From positions 76,446,001 to 76,510,000 of the forward strand of contig NC_043000.1 in assembly GCF_006345805.1 (NCBI RefSeq): a stretch of 64,000 nucleotides of DNA. Direction: 5' to 3'. Position numbers and translations under genes: made by a program. This document shows positions 1 through 13,115 of the stretch, piece after piece. Under the pieces are notes generated by a model, which made no database searches, was not told the DNA's origin, and saw only the letters and a list, made by a program, of their open reading frames with translations. Every line of letters starts with the position of its first letter. The first letter of the stretch is position 1. Origin of the DNA: Octopus sinensis (lineage: Eukaryota).

Positions 1-1318
1 CTTGGTTTGGGAGTGGGTGTGTGCGTGGGAGTGGGTGTGTGCGTGGGAGTGGGTGTGTGCGTGGGTGTGGGTGTAGGATTCTTGAGTACTTGTTTATGAT
101 TTTGCGCTTGTGGTGTTTGTAATATTGGCGCCAGTGGGACTTTATTTTTCCTAGTTTCAGGACAGAAAACCTTTTAGTGAGTTACAGATCCACATATATG
201 ACATCTTGGTTTTCTACTCTCCACAAATACTGACAGGTGAGTACCACCCAGAAGATCGATTAGATTGGGCAGCTGGTCGATATGGTCATGCTTCCATTGC
301 AAGGTCAGTTCCATATCTATACGTAACCAGTTTTGCTTCGGTAGTTTCTTGACTTCCAATATTGCGACTTCGTTTTCTTCTGAACCTGCAAAGACAGCCG
401 CCATTAACCAGATAATGTATATTTCTGGCGGCACATTCAACACCCTAATCTTGGAAAGGCGTTGGCAGCGATAGCTGGGGATTAAGAAAAAGTTACCGTT
501 CTTCAAAGTGGTCGCGGAATTACATCTAGCTGCTGTTTCTGTCCCAAATCTCATCTTAACAGTTCCAAACTTCTTTCCTCGGTCTCAGGAGCATTTTCCA
601 TCCGCCAAGATTTGACTCCGATGCAACGATATGTTACCGAGCAGCTTGCGATACTTTTTATCTCGTCGGATGGCGGGTTTAGAGTCACACTTTCCCCATC
701 TCATTTTACAATTTTTCTTGTCAAATTCAATTCTTCTTCATATTTCCTGCCACAAACGCAAAAGCAGCGGAGGCGATATTTGTGTTTTTATGTTCCATTT
801 CTTTGGTATTGTTGTTGCTGCTGCTGTTGTTGTTGTTGTTGTTGTTGGTGGTGGTGTTGCTGTTGTTGTTGTTGTCACTGCTGCTGCTGTTGTTGTTCTC
901 GTTGTTGACACTGATAGTTTTGACGTTGCTTAGAGACGAAATATTTATTCGCCTCCGTGACGTAATTAAGTTTAGGCCATTCAATATTCTTATTCCCAAT
1001 TTCTTCCTCGTTCTCAATTTTATCTGACAAGGAGCGCGTCCCTTTGTCGAACATTATGATAGCTCCTTTTTTTGCCATCTTTAAATAATTAAAGAAAATT
1101 GCAATAGATTTGCTTTTGCCTAAAATTATTGATGCGTACCGCCTGCAAAACAGAGGGTGTTTCTACACAAAAATACTATCTGCGCAGTCCAGACAATCTC
1201 AGAAATGCCATGGTAACGATAAAAACGAAAAGACGAGGCCTTAGAAGGCCGAAAAGATTAAAAACACGTTTTCAACTTACGGAGCACCAAATTTCCGTGA
1301 CTTTACTGTATGGCGGCC
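1..1318 (-). mobile_element. L1/Tx1-like retrotransposon copy A: 5' UTR and N-terminal ORF1, running off the left edge
   Basis: Bases 1-1300 are collinear with 9970-11260 (copy C). ORF 174..554 matches ORF 10317..10562 (VEVRFG.ETAARCNSATTLKN..FFLIPSYRCQ). The 5' end on the minus strand reads GGCCGCCATACAGTAAAG. Confidence 0.8.
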
Positions 1319-1329
1319 GTGCGAAGCCT

Positions 1330-3060
1330 TATATGGAATAGCATAAAATGGTGGAAAACGGAATTGACAGCAAGGAAGCAAGTATTAGGTGAGGTGAAAA
1401 TCAAGAGAGGTATCTTCCAGGGGACAGTGTGTCCCCACTGATCTTCGAGCTGGGAATGATACCCTTGAGTGAAATACTACAGAAAACAAAGTTGGTGTAT
1501 TGTCTGGGAAGAGGTAAGGGAAAACTGAACCACTTGCTATTCATGGACGATCTGAAGCTATTCACAAAAACTGAGGCAGAACCGGACAGCCTAGTCCAGT
1601 CTGTGTGGATTTTCTCGAATGATATTAAGATGTAGTTTGGACTCTCAAAATGTGCTACGATGGTAATGAGACAAGGAAAGTTTTTCAAAACAGAAAGCAT
1701 AAGGTTGCCAAGTGGTGAAATAATGAAGGCAATTCAACCTCACTCCAACCATAAATACCTGGGAATACTTGAGACAGATGGAATCAAACAATGACATGAA
1801 GGAAAAGACAAAAAGAGAGTGCTTGCGGCGAATAAGAAAAATATTGGCTTCAAAGCTGAATGCCAGAAACATAATTTCAGCATTAAACTCGCGCGCAGTC
1901 GCAGTAGTTCGGTATGGTACTGGAATCCTGGAGTGGACAGAGGAAGAACTAAATAGGAAATCAAGGCATGATGACAGGAAGTCAAGAAAGCTTCTAACGA
2001 TGCATAGAGCCCATCATCCAGGTGCGGACACTGATCACCTATACACGAAGAGAGCAAATGAAGGAAGAGGACTGATAAGTGTGGAAGACTGCGTGCGTAT
2101 CGAACTCGAGAGCTTAATGAGATACTTAGCACAGAATAAGGAAATATTGCTAGTGACAGTTAGGAAAGAAGGAGTATTGAAAGCAGAGAAAAAAGGGAAA
2201 ACAAAGGAAGATGTGCAAAAAGGGACTACCCAATCAATTCCATGCAGCCACAACAGAAGTTACTGGAAAAAATAGGTGGGACTAGCTGATGAAAGGAACA
2301 CTAAAAAAAGAGACCGAGAGCACTATACTGGCAGCGCAAGACCAAGCGTTGGTCACGGACAGGAGGGTCAACATTAGGAATGAGCAAGTATCTCCGTTGT
2401 GTCGAATCTGCAATAGAGTGGATGGAACCATTGCCATATCACGAACGAATGTCATAGAGTTGTCCCAAACCACTACAAGTTGTGGCGACTCAATCAGGTA
2501 GCGAAAGTGCTACATTGGAAACTGTGTGAAAAGTGGGGCTAGAAAGAAGCAAGACATGGTATGAGCACAAGCCGCAGAGAGTGGCGGAGTTTGAGACTAG
2601 CAAAATCCTTTGGGATTTCCCAATCCAAAGAGATCAGGCGCTAGAGAATAACAGAACGAATCTTGTGGTGGTGGACAAGATGCACCACATATGCTATATA
2701 TTCGATGTGGCATACCTCTTTGACTCACGAAGGAAGGCGAAAAAATAGATAAATACAACCCTCCATAGCCCGGCTATGGAAACCGAAGGTGAAGATAGTG
2801 CCAATTATTGTTGGGTCCTTGGGAACAGTATCAGAAGGTATCAAGGGGAATATAAAAGAAATTGGAAAAGAGTTCTCAGTAGAACTGTTACAAAAGGTTT
2901 GCTTCCTTGGCACAGTGAGAATAATCAGGAAACCATTAAATAGCTGAAAAGAATGGATAGCATGGTACCGTAGGCTGAAGGTAGCAAGCCTGCTACGCAT
3001 GTAAGACACCAGGAGCTCCAACAAAACCTGTGATAAAGAGAAAACATAATAATAATAATT
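1330..3060 (+). mobile_element. 5'-truncated, degenerate R4/Dong-clade retrotransposon with (TAA)n tail
   Basis: RT motifs GIFQGDSVSP and HLLFMDDLKLF; C-terminal CRIC, WDFPIQRD, VVVDK and LQKVC.LGT..IIRK motifs spread over frameshifted ORFs 1429-2748; ends in cataataataataat. Confidence 0.85.
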
Positions 3061-5626
3061 AATTTATTAACCACAAAAGGTTTACATAAAAAACATTATA
3101 GACAAAAGAGGACAAATACAATGTGGAGTTACATGAAAGTCACGTAAGCAATGAAAAGCAATAACATTCATTGAATATAACAACAAATTCCCCAAAAGAG
3201 AGAAACCCCCTATAACTGTTCGTGAAAACCTTACTAGTCCACAACAGTCCTAACCAGGAGGGTAAGTACCGTTTCCGCTTTGTGTATAGGCGCATACTTA
3301 GAGTAGGCCCATTCACTCGGGCCATTCTTGCAACATTCACCCACCTTTTAACAAAATTGTTGAGGAGCAGAGCTTCTCTCTCCACCCTCACTTTCCTTTT
3401 CAAGTGAAATTTGAAAAAGTTGATCAGGGCTTGGCCAAAAAGGAAAGAATCTGTCTTCAGCCCTTTCAACGTGGTCTTTCGCTAAGGCCTCCAAGCAAAG
3501 AAAAGCAACTTACCCTTCCTAACCATAGGAAGGCGGCAAGACTATCCTCACAATAGGCTCAGCCGATGGCCGGATTCGTCCTACAACGCGGCAGCAGGTG
3601 TTCGACATAAACCCACAAGTCATAAATACTCGGGCATGCAGAACGGTTTCGTCTCTCTGCGCGCATCTCGTGGAAGCCCGGCTGACTGCACTTCCGTACC
3701 TCTAGAGTTTATATCGAACAGGCAATGCGTTTCGGTAGCATTGCCAGGCCAAGGATTTTTGGAAATTATCCAGCCAACTCGTTCTTGTCGACGCTCAGAG
3801 TCTCCCTGAGAGCATCATCGTACTTATCCGCCACTAACCCTCTATATAACGCCATAGTAGAATTGTCACCGATTGCATTGCTCGACTGATAGAGGAGTGT
3901 GAGCGCCTGACGACACTGTAGGTGCCAGGCGCCCTTCCTCGGTCTACCCTTGATGTAGGACTACCCAGTCAAAAAGACAAGCTGTGGGAAATCGCATCTG
4001 ACAAATGGCGACCACGCCAGTTCACCGTCTAGGAAGCGCTGGAGATGTCGCAGCCTCAGCTCATGCTTGTGCATCAATAGCCACGGCATACCCAGCCCTC
4101 CATTTAGCGGGTGCTGACAGCAAATGGAGCGCCTGACCAGTGGAACGCGTCCCTTCCACAGAAAGCGAAATAGTAGTCGCTCGAGTTTGGTCAGACTTGA
4201 ATCGGGACTGGGCACGACGATAAGGCGGTAGTAGATGACAGATGCGATGTAAACATTCGCCATCTCCACTCGACTTCTCAGGGATAGCTTTCTCTCATCC
4301 TATTTCTGGGTGAGATTGGCCACCCTGCTCGCCACTTCGTCCCAGTTTTTTTCCACTTGGAGATCTGGACCGAACCAGACCCTGAGCAATTTAACAGATC
4401 CTTCCGTCCAGCGATTGACGACTCTGTTGAAAGGCATGGACTTGCCTCTCTAGGTGCCAAGTTGTAGGCCCACTGACTTCTCTCGATAAATTTTTGCTCC
4501 TGGCACCACTTCGTATTCTTTTAGAGCGGTGCTGACCAGGTCTAATTGCTTCATGTTCAACACTATGGCGGTGACGTCGTCCGCGTATGCCGACACGGTT
4601 CTCCCACGTCCTAGTTCGCGCGGGATGCTTCTCAATGCCTCCAATTTCTGCAGTAGTGGTCCAAGAGACATCACATAGAGGAGAGACCAGAGGGGACACC
4701 ACTGACAGACCGAACGCATGATGCTGAAAGGTTTCGATAGGTAACCATACACCTGAACTATCGAGCAGATGTCGCTGTACATTGCTGTGGTCCAGCCACG
4801 GAAAACGGGACCGAAACCGGCTGCCGTGGGGACGGCAGGTGGTCGACCCCACGGCTGCCGCGGGGACGGCCGGTGGTCGACCCTATCAATGGCTTTAGAC
4901 TGATCTATATTCCCCATCCTACTGTTGCTTTGAAAAGTTTTAATTTTTCTTTGTTTGACGTAGTAGTTGCGGCAGTGGCGAAATCTGCAGGCGTTTCATG
5001 TGAAAGAATTCTTTTTTCTTTTTCTTCACTTTCCTGCTTATTTGTGTTACTCTGATCGGTCCTCCTGATGGTAGTGGTGGTAGCGGTGTTAGTGACTTCC
5101 TCGGCTCCCTCCTTCATGCCTCCGTCGATGTTCATGGTGTTGTTGTTGGTGGCAGTGGTGGTGGTGCTGCTGTTCACATTGATGTTGCTGCTGTCGTCGT
5201 CGTCATTATCGCTGTTGTTGGTACTTTTGCACTTGTTACTGTCGTCGTAGAAACAAGAGGAAATTTGGCGAGAAATTAATTTCACTCTCACCTGCGTTTC
5301 TGTTCGGAGTTTCAGCTAAGTCAACAGAACGCTGCTCTTGTTCGATTATTATTTTTTCATAATCCGACATTTTTTAAAGTTGGAAAAAAAGAAAATGAAT
5401 AAAATCTTGTTTTCACAAAAAATGCAAAAATGCAAAACAATTATTACAGCCCCCAAAACGGGGCGCACTTACACAAAATGTTACCGTCACGATCCAGACA
5501 ATGCAAGCAGTGTCCGGGAATTGTTAAGTACTTATTAAAATATTGAATGAACTGGCTGCAACCAGCCGAAGCGATTGATTACAATTCACGGAGCTCCTAC
5601 TTTGTATGACTTAACAGGTTGATAGC
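3061..5626 (-). mobile_element. L1/Tx1-like copy B, internally deleted (5' UTR + ORF1 start joined to RT core and 3' end)
   Basis: RT remnants DQSKAIDRVDH, RSVCQWCPLWSLLY and SAYADDVT (4450..4917) and RKLSL..RVEMANVYIAS (3961..4269). 4905-5626 matches the 5' UTR/ORF1 start of copy D (ISSC.YDDSNKCK). AATAAA at the 3' end near 3065. Confidence 0.8.
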
Positions 5627-8600
5627 AACAACAACAACAATGATTTCGTTTATTAGCCACCAGGGCGAAGGTTGAGAGGGATAATAGAAAGGTATAAAGT
5701 GTGGGTGTTTACATGTAATGGAATGATAAAAAGTATATTCGGTATACATGAGAAGAAGGGAAGTACACATAGTATATGACACTAAAAAAAAAAGGAGGGG
5801 AAACAAAGGATCATAATACGACACCAGAAAGAAAACAAAAGGCATAGTGATCGGGTCCGCCTAATACAGGAGGACCACTAGGAATAATTGAGGAACCCGA
5901 CCATCCAAGATCACCCTGAATACCAAGGACAAGTTTCCTCTCCAACTTCTTTCTTCCGTCTCACAAGTCTACACTGAGAGTGGTACCATCCACTCTTGCC
6001 ATTTTTCGCAACTTTCGCCCACCTTTTCATAAATTCACTTGAGAACAGTACTTCCCTCTCCACCCTCATTTTCCTTTTCAAGTGAAAAAGTCGGCGAGGG
6101 CTTTAACAAAGAGGACAGTTTCTATCCTCATTCCTTTCAGCCTCATCCACCAGACAAAGGAAAACTGCCTTGCCTGCCCAAATAAAGGAGGGCGGCGAGG
6201 CAATCATATTTATGGACTCGGACGACAAACGGATCCGTCCCACACACGACAGCAGCTGTTCGACATAACTCCACAAGTCAGCTTTTCCCGGACACTGAAC
6301 TTGTGCATGTAGAACTGTTTCGTCGCTATGCGAGCACCTCGGACAAGACCGTCTGACAGCACATCCATGCCTGTAGAGTTTATTTCGAAACGGTAGCGGC
6401 CCCCGGTAGCACTGCCAGGCCAAAGATATCTGGAGATTATCTATAATAGTCCCCGACCGGAAAGTCCTCTGGATTAGACTTGCCAGTTCGTCTTCGTCGA
6501 CGCCTAAGGTCTCCCCGAGGACGTCGTCGAACTTTCCCGCTACTAATCCTCTATAAACATCTAAAGTGGCACATCCACCGATCCTATTGCCCGACTTGTA
6601 GAGGACATTCTGAGTGCCAGGCGCCCAGCCACGGCTTATCCTTTACCCAGGACTGCAGCTCTGCCAAGGAGACGAGCTGCGGAAAGGCGTATCTTACAAA
6701 CAAAGCCCATAAACGTTCACCTAATAGAAATCGTTGCGTGTCTGCGAATTAAAATCCACGGCATGCCTAAGCCGCCAAAAAGTGATTTCGCAGCAGACCG
6801 ACCGCTTGAATATTGGAACGCGTCCTTTCCATAAGAAAATAGACAGGATACACGCCAATCTAATCAAGCAGTAACCGGGACAAGGCACGACAGTCAGACG
6901 ATAAATAATGACAGAGGCGATGTAGGCATTCGGCACCTCTGCCCGACCTTTCAGGGACAACTTCCTCTCTGTCCATTTCTGAGTAAGACAGGCCACCCTG
7001 TTCGTCACCTCTTCCCAATTCTTATCCACCTGGAGATCGGGACCAAACCAGATCCCGAGCAGTTTAACTGGGCCGTAAGTCGATCGGAATCGATCTGTCT
7101 CTCCAGGTACCCAGTCATAATCTTACCGACTTGTCGGCGTTGATTTTGGACTCTGCAACGAACTCATATTCCTTTACAATGGAGCCGACTGTCTCCACTT
7201 CGGCAGCATCCGAGACCATGACGGTGACGTCGTCAGCGTACGCCGACACTGTCCTCCCGAGTCCAATTACGAAAGGGAGACCTCTTAACTGTTCCAACTT
7301 CCACAGCAGTGGCTCGAGAGCCAGCACATACAGTAGAGGTGACAGCTGGAAGCCCTGACGGACTGAACGTGCGATACTAAACGTTTCCGAAAGGTGGTCA
7401 TTTACTTTGATCACCGAGCAGGTGCCGCTCTGAATTGCAGCAATCCAGCCTCTGAAAACGGGTCCGAAAGCAACTTCTTTAAGGACGACTTCCAAGTAGC
7501 GATGGTCTACCCTATCGAAAACCTTCGATTAATCTAAATTGATTAGGGCTCCATCGAAGCCAACTTTAGTCCCAGCCCTCTCTACGATGTATCGCATAAG
7601 GTGGAGGTTGTCGTGGATAGGCCTGCTCGGAATTGCGCACGTTTATGCCTCCCCGACCAAACTACCAACGATAAGCGCCAACCTTGGCCAAAATCTTAAA
7701 CTCTGTGTTTAGCTAAGTTATGGGCCAAAAATTCCCTAGCACGTCCCTATTGTCGGCGTCCTTTCTCAGCAGTGTTACCACACCCTAGCTAACAACCCTG
7801 GGAATTTCTCCATTCTGTTGCCAGTTACTGTATACGTCTGCCAAGAGACAGCCAAACAAATTTGTCATGAAAACATAGAATTCATAGGGAAGACCATCCA
7901 AACCGGGCGATTTGCGACTTGTGCAATCGCTCATCGCCACCTGTACTTCAGAGGCGGTAATCAGCTTTTCGCAGAATTTCGCATCCGTTACCGAGAGCCG
8001 TGGTAGGTCGTCTAGGTACGAAATAAAGTTCGCAACGTTGTAGACTCATCACCCTCCCCAAACACCCGCGCAAAGTGCTTCTGGAAAGTTACACACATCT
8101 GCTCAGAACCGAGTAGCACGCGTTCGTCCTGATCCGTCAAAGACTTGATCGTGGTTTTGTTTCCATGTCGCGTCTCGGCAGTTCGGGCCCATCGGACGTC
8201 TTTATTTCCCTCTTGTTTTAGCGCACGAACCTTAGCTCTGATAACACACCCTTCATGTTTTGCCTCAAAGAAATGGTCAAGGGCCATTCTCGCCGTTATC
8301 ACGTCGGTCGCGATATCTTTACCAATAGCCTCTTCTAGTTTACTAACTACTTCTCCCTCTAATCTGTTTCTTCCTATTGCTAAATCTTTGCTAAACGCTA
8401 TCGATTCTACTCTAATCGTTCTCTTCAGAGCGATCCGCCACCGGTTGTTGACGATTGTCCCCGTCAACTACCGCTTAACTAGTTCACTAACCCGGTCCCA
8501 GTAGTCTTTGTGCGCTGAAAAGGACGCATTCAACTTCCAGTAACTGGTTCCCTGTCTACGAGTCCTATTTCAATCGACTGAGCATATCACAAATTTGTGA

Positions 8601-11264
8601 TCTGTGTAGCCGACCAATTTAAATTGTGGACAACCTATGCTATCCTTATCCTCTGACCTAAACAAATACTCCATCTAAATACGATCTGGATAACCGTCTG
8701 TGGTTGCTCCATGTCCACACTGGCACATCAAGGAAATCCAGTTGGTACCTGTCAGAAAGCTGGAAAGTCTTGTGCATGTTTTCGAGGCCTTTACATCCCT
8801 TCTATTATGTACTAAACCCACACAGTCCTTCCGCGCGTCCAAAATACTCTTCCAGTCTCCCAAAAGTATTAAAGTGCGAGACGTTCCCAAGAATGTTTCT
8901 AGGCGCCTGAAGAAATTTGGTCTTCCAGTCCCTGCTGGAGCATAAACTTCCACCAGCCTAAAGGCGCCACCTTCGCTGTTATTCACGTCCAGGACCAGCG
9001 CCCCACCATTTAGGTCCAGGAAGATAGCCCGCACTTGGATATCTAAAATGATTTCCGGAGTAGCATAGCTACAGCGCCACCCATTCCCGACAGACCACAA
9101 GATGAGAATACCTCGTAGTCCTCGAAAATGGATACTAGAGCGTGTTTTATGGAGATCCTTGTTTCACCATTGACAGCCACATTCAAATCAAGTGACATGA
9201 GATCATTGAACAAATGACCTTGCTTCCGAGCTGATCCCAGGCTACGCACATTCACACACCCCATTCTCAGCATAGCCATACTAGACAAATAAAGAAAATG
9301 AGGAGGTTACTCATCTTGATTTTCGAGAAGCCCAGAAGTTCCGGGCCTTTCTACTGGCGATAAATTTTTAAAAGGCCCTTCCAACAGCCTATTATAAACT
9401 CATTTTTAAAAAATCGCCACACTACATGGGAATTTTTCTCTTATTGTTTTATAACCATGTGACGACGTTTTAGTTAAAATTCTGTTCTTGAGGGTTTTGA
9501 GGATACAATCCTCAAGTTCTTTTTCCTCTGTCTCTATTTGTTTTTGTTTTGACTTACAAAATCCATCAATTCATTGTTACACTTATCCACAACAGTGAAA
9601 TTGATGGATACATTTTGTCTACAGTCTGATGAATATATCTGTTTTTGAAGTCCTGTAGTTGGTTGTTTCTGTGCTTCTGTGATTTCATGCTGTTGTTGAT
9701 GATGTTGCTGTTTTTCAAGTTGTTGTTGTTGTTCTTTTTGTTGGAGTGGTTGTGAATTGTGTTGCAGTGGTGGATTTAGAATATGTTTTTGTTGATTTCT
9801 TGGAGTAGGGCTATGTACTCTCCTCTTCATTCGCCTACCCCTTTACTCACTGTGATCCATTGATCGTTTAGCTCTTCTTTCTCCATGTTATTGCAGTTGA
9901 TGTTGGTTTGGGAGGAAGAGCATTCAGGAAAAGCTTGCTTTTCCGTGGCAACTGGAGGTAGACTCTTCCTTTGTCTTGGTTTGGGAGTGGGTGTGTGCGT
10001 GGGTGTGGGTGTAGGTGTAGGAGTCTTGAGCACTTGTTTATGATTTTGTGCTTGTTGTATCGGTAATGTTGGCCGCAGCGAGACTTTATTTTTCCTTGTT
10101 TCAGGATAGAAAACCTTTGAGAAAACCCTCCACAAACACTGACAGGTGAGTACCATCCGGTAGATCGATTAGATTGGGCAGCTGGTCGATATGGTCATGC
10201 TTTCATTGCAAGGTCAGTTCCATATCTATACGTAACCAGTTTTGCTTAGGTAGTTTCTTGACCTCCAGTATTGCGACTTCGTTTTCTTCTGAACCTGCAA
10301 AGAAGGCCGCCACTAATCAGGTAATGCATATTTCTAGCGGCACATTCAGCACCCTAATCTTGGCAAGGCATTGACAGCGATAGCTGGGGATTAAGAAAAA
10401 GTTATCGTTCTTCAAAGTGGTTGCGGAATTACATCTAGCTGTTTCTTCCATCCCAAATCTCACCTCAACAGTTCCAAACTTCTTTCCTCGGGTGATGTGA
10501 GCCTTTTGTTCCCACACACACCCAAGGTGTTTTTGTATTTCGATCTCAAGAGCATTTTCCACCCGCCGAGACTTGACTCCAATGCAGCGATATGTTACCG
10601 AGCAGCTTGCGATACTTTTTATCTCGTCGGATAGAGGGTTTAGAGCTACCTTCTAATTCTTTTTATATTTTTTCTTGACAAATTTACTTCTTCATCTATG
10701 TGGAAACTTTCTATATTTCCCACCTTAAATGCAAAAGAAACGTTTTTATGTTTCATTTCTTTCGTATTGTTGTTGTGGTTGCTTTTGTTGTTATTGCTGT
10801 TGTTGTAGTCACTGCTGCTGCTGTTGCTGTCGCTCTTGTTGCCGACACCGAAAATTTTGACGTTGCTTATAGATGAAACATTATTCGCTCGGTGACGTCA
10901 TTAGGTCATTCGATATTCTTGTTCTCAATTTCTACCTCGTTCACAATTTTATACGACGAAAAGCGCGTTCCTTTGTCGAGCATAATGATGGTTTCTTTAT
11001 CAACCATCTTCGAATAATTAAAGAAAATTGCGAAAGATTTGTTTTTGCTGAAAGTTTTTAAAATTAAAAAAATTATTAATTCGCATTCCCTGCAAGACAG
11101 GGGGTGTTTCTACACAAACTACTATCTGCGCAGTCCAGACAATCTCAGAAATGCAATAGTAACAATAAAAATGAAAAGACAGGGTCCTAGAAGTCCAAAA
11201 AGATTACAAACACTTTTTCAACTAATGGAGCACCAAATTTCCGTATCTTTACCGTATGGCAGTC
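5627..11264 (-). mobile_element. L1/Tx1-like copy C, full-length (~5.6 kb) but disrupted
   Basis: 5' UTR ~11264-10900; ORF1 fragments 9534-10562; ORF2 with APE endonuclease (GCVNVRSLG, VEVYAP, LLGDWKSILD), RT (SVRQGFQLSPLLY, SAYADDVT) and CPRC..SDETVLH; 3' UTR with AATAAA (5649-5654) and a (TTG)n tail. Confidence 0.9.
5890..9288 (-). pseudogene. Disrupted ORF2 (APE endonuclease + reverse transcriptase) of Tx1-like copy C
   Basis: Fragments 9043..9288, 8675..9100, 8012..8467, 7115..7495, 6721..7029 and 6103..6423 in collinear domain order, broken by stops and frameshifts. Confidence 0.85.
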
Positions 11265-11547
11265 ATAATAATGATGATAATGATGATGATGATGATATTA
11301 TTATTATTATTATTCTATGTTTGAGTTTTGCTTTATATTTGTACAAGTTGGCTCCAAGTCTCACCCAGAGACCTCAAGAGACAACAGGTTGGAAGTTCAT
11401 GTTGTTGTTATGCCTAGTGTGCCATATATTGGGGGGGGGGGCAGTTTTTGGTGTTGTACTAATGAATGTCTAAAAAAAAAAATTTTTTTTTCTTTTTTTC
11501 CCCTCTTCTTAAAAAACCGAAAATTATGTTTGTTTTAAACCTTGAGA

Positions 11548-12210
11548 TTACATAGAAAGTAATTTGCGTAGGATATGAGCAGTTCCCATGAGCACTATCT
11601 TTTGAATTTCTACCATTTTTGGGTTTCCTGGTATCTGAGTTAGGTAGCTATCAGCCCCTTTTGCTATGACAACAGGTATTGTTTTAGTCTTCAGGTTCCA
11701 CATTTTGCTGATTTCTATTTCAAGATCTTTATATTTGCTCAGTTTTTGGTAGGTCTTGACAAATACATTTATATCGATTGGGACAGTCATATCAATGAGG
11801 AGGCATGTTCTTTGTTTGAAGTCTTTCAATATGATGTCTGGCCTATTTGCATCTATCTTTCTGTCAGTTTGAATGGCGAAGTTCCAGAGGAGTGAGATGT
11901 GGTCATTTTCAAGCACTGGGGGTGGTTTGTGTTCCCACCAGTTTTTTTCATGGGGCAAATCCAGGTTTTTGCAGATTACCCAGTGAATATATTGTGCAGC
12001 TCTATCGTGTCTGTTGAGATACTCTGTAGGCGCTAGAAGACTGCACTTGGAAACCACATGGTCAATGGTTTCATTTTGTTGCTGGCATACACGACACGTT
12101 GGACTGCTTCTGATCTTTAATATGTTGGCCTGGTATTTTCTTGTTGGTAGGCATTGATCTTGAGCTGCTATGATAAACCCCTCTGTTTCAGATTTTAAGC
12201 CAGAGGCCAT
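11548..12210 (-). pseudogene. C-terminal CCHC + restriction-like endonuclease region of R4/Dong ORF
   Basis: CRVCQQQNETIDHVVSKC, RHD, NRPDIIL, LIDMTVP, KLSKYKDL motifs. Confidence 0.85.
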
Positions 12211-13115
12211 TAGCTATTGATGGGTCAGGGCTTTGTCAACATCTGCATTATTTGCTCTCTTTGGGTATTTGCCATAGAGAGGTTTTTCTTGCCATTTATC
12301 ATTCAGAATATCTAAGGCCGCAGATTTAGCACGGGTTTTCATGCGCTTAGCTTTTTCTGTGCCTGTTTCTTGTATGTCTATCTCCAATTCCGAAATTTGT
12401 TGTATTCGGAATTCACTTAGATATTCCTTTGCCTGTTTTGTTACTGAGTATGATCCTTTCTTGCTTTCATGTTTTTAGACAAGTTTTAACATCCAGTCCT
12501 CAGAGTTTTTCAGGTAGGTGTCTAGGCCAATTGTAGCAATCTTCATTTTTATTGCCAGTTGTAAAAGTCCACGGCTTCCCTCTTTTCTTGTCAGATAAAG
12601 TCGTTCTGTATCTGCCTTAGGGTGGTGCATTCTATGCATTGTCAACAGTTTTCGAATTTTTCTGTCAAGATTACATATTTCAGTAATTGACCAGTTAACG
12701 TATTGAAACTGTAAGTCACAACTAGTATGGCTAATGCATTGATCGCTTCGATCCTGTTTCTCGCATTCAGCTCTGTCTTGAGTATTGCTCTTACTCTGCG
12801 ATAACATTCTCTCCTGATTCTTTCTTTCATCTCTGAATGCCTTATTCTTTCTCCTTCAATTACCCCTAGATACTTGTAGTTCTCTGCTGGGTCTAATTCT
12901 TTTATGACATTCTGCTGGTCAAGGTTAACGTTAGATGTTTCTGTCATTTTTCCTTTGATAAAGGTAGCTTTTGCACACTTATCGAGGCCAAATTGCATTC
13001 TGATGTCATCACTGAATTGTTTGACAATCGCTAGTAAGCCCTTGAGTAGTTGGTCATTTTGCAAAGAGCTTTAAATCATCCATGTAAATGAGATGATTTA
13101 TATTTTTATCAAACA

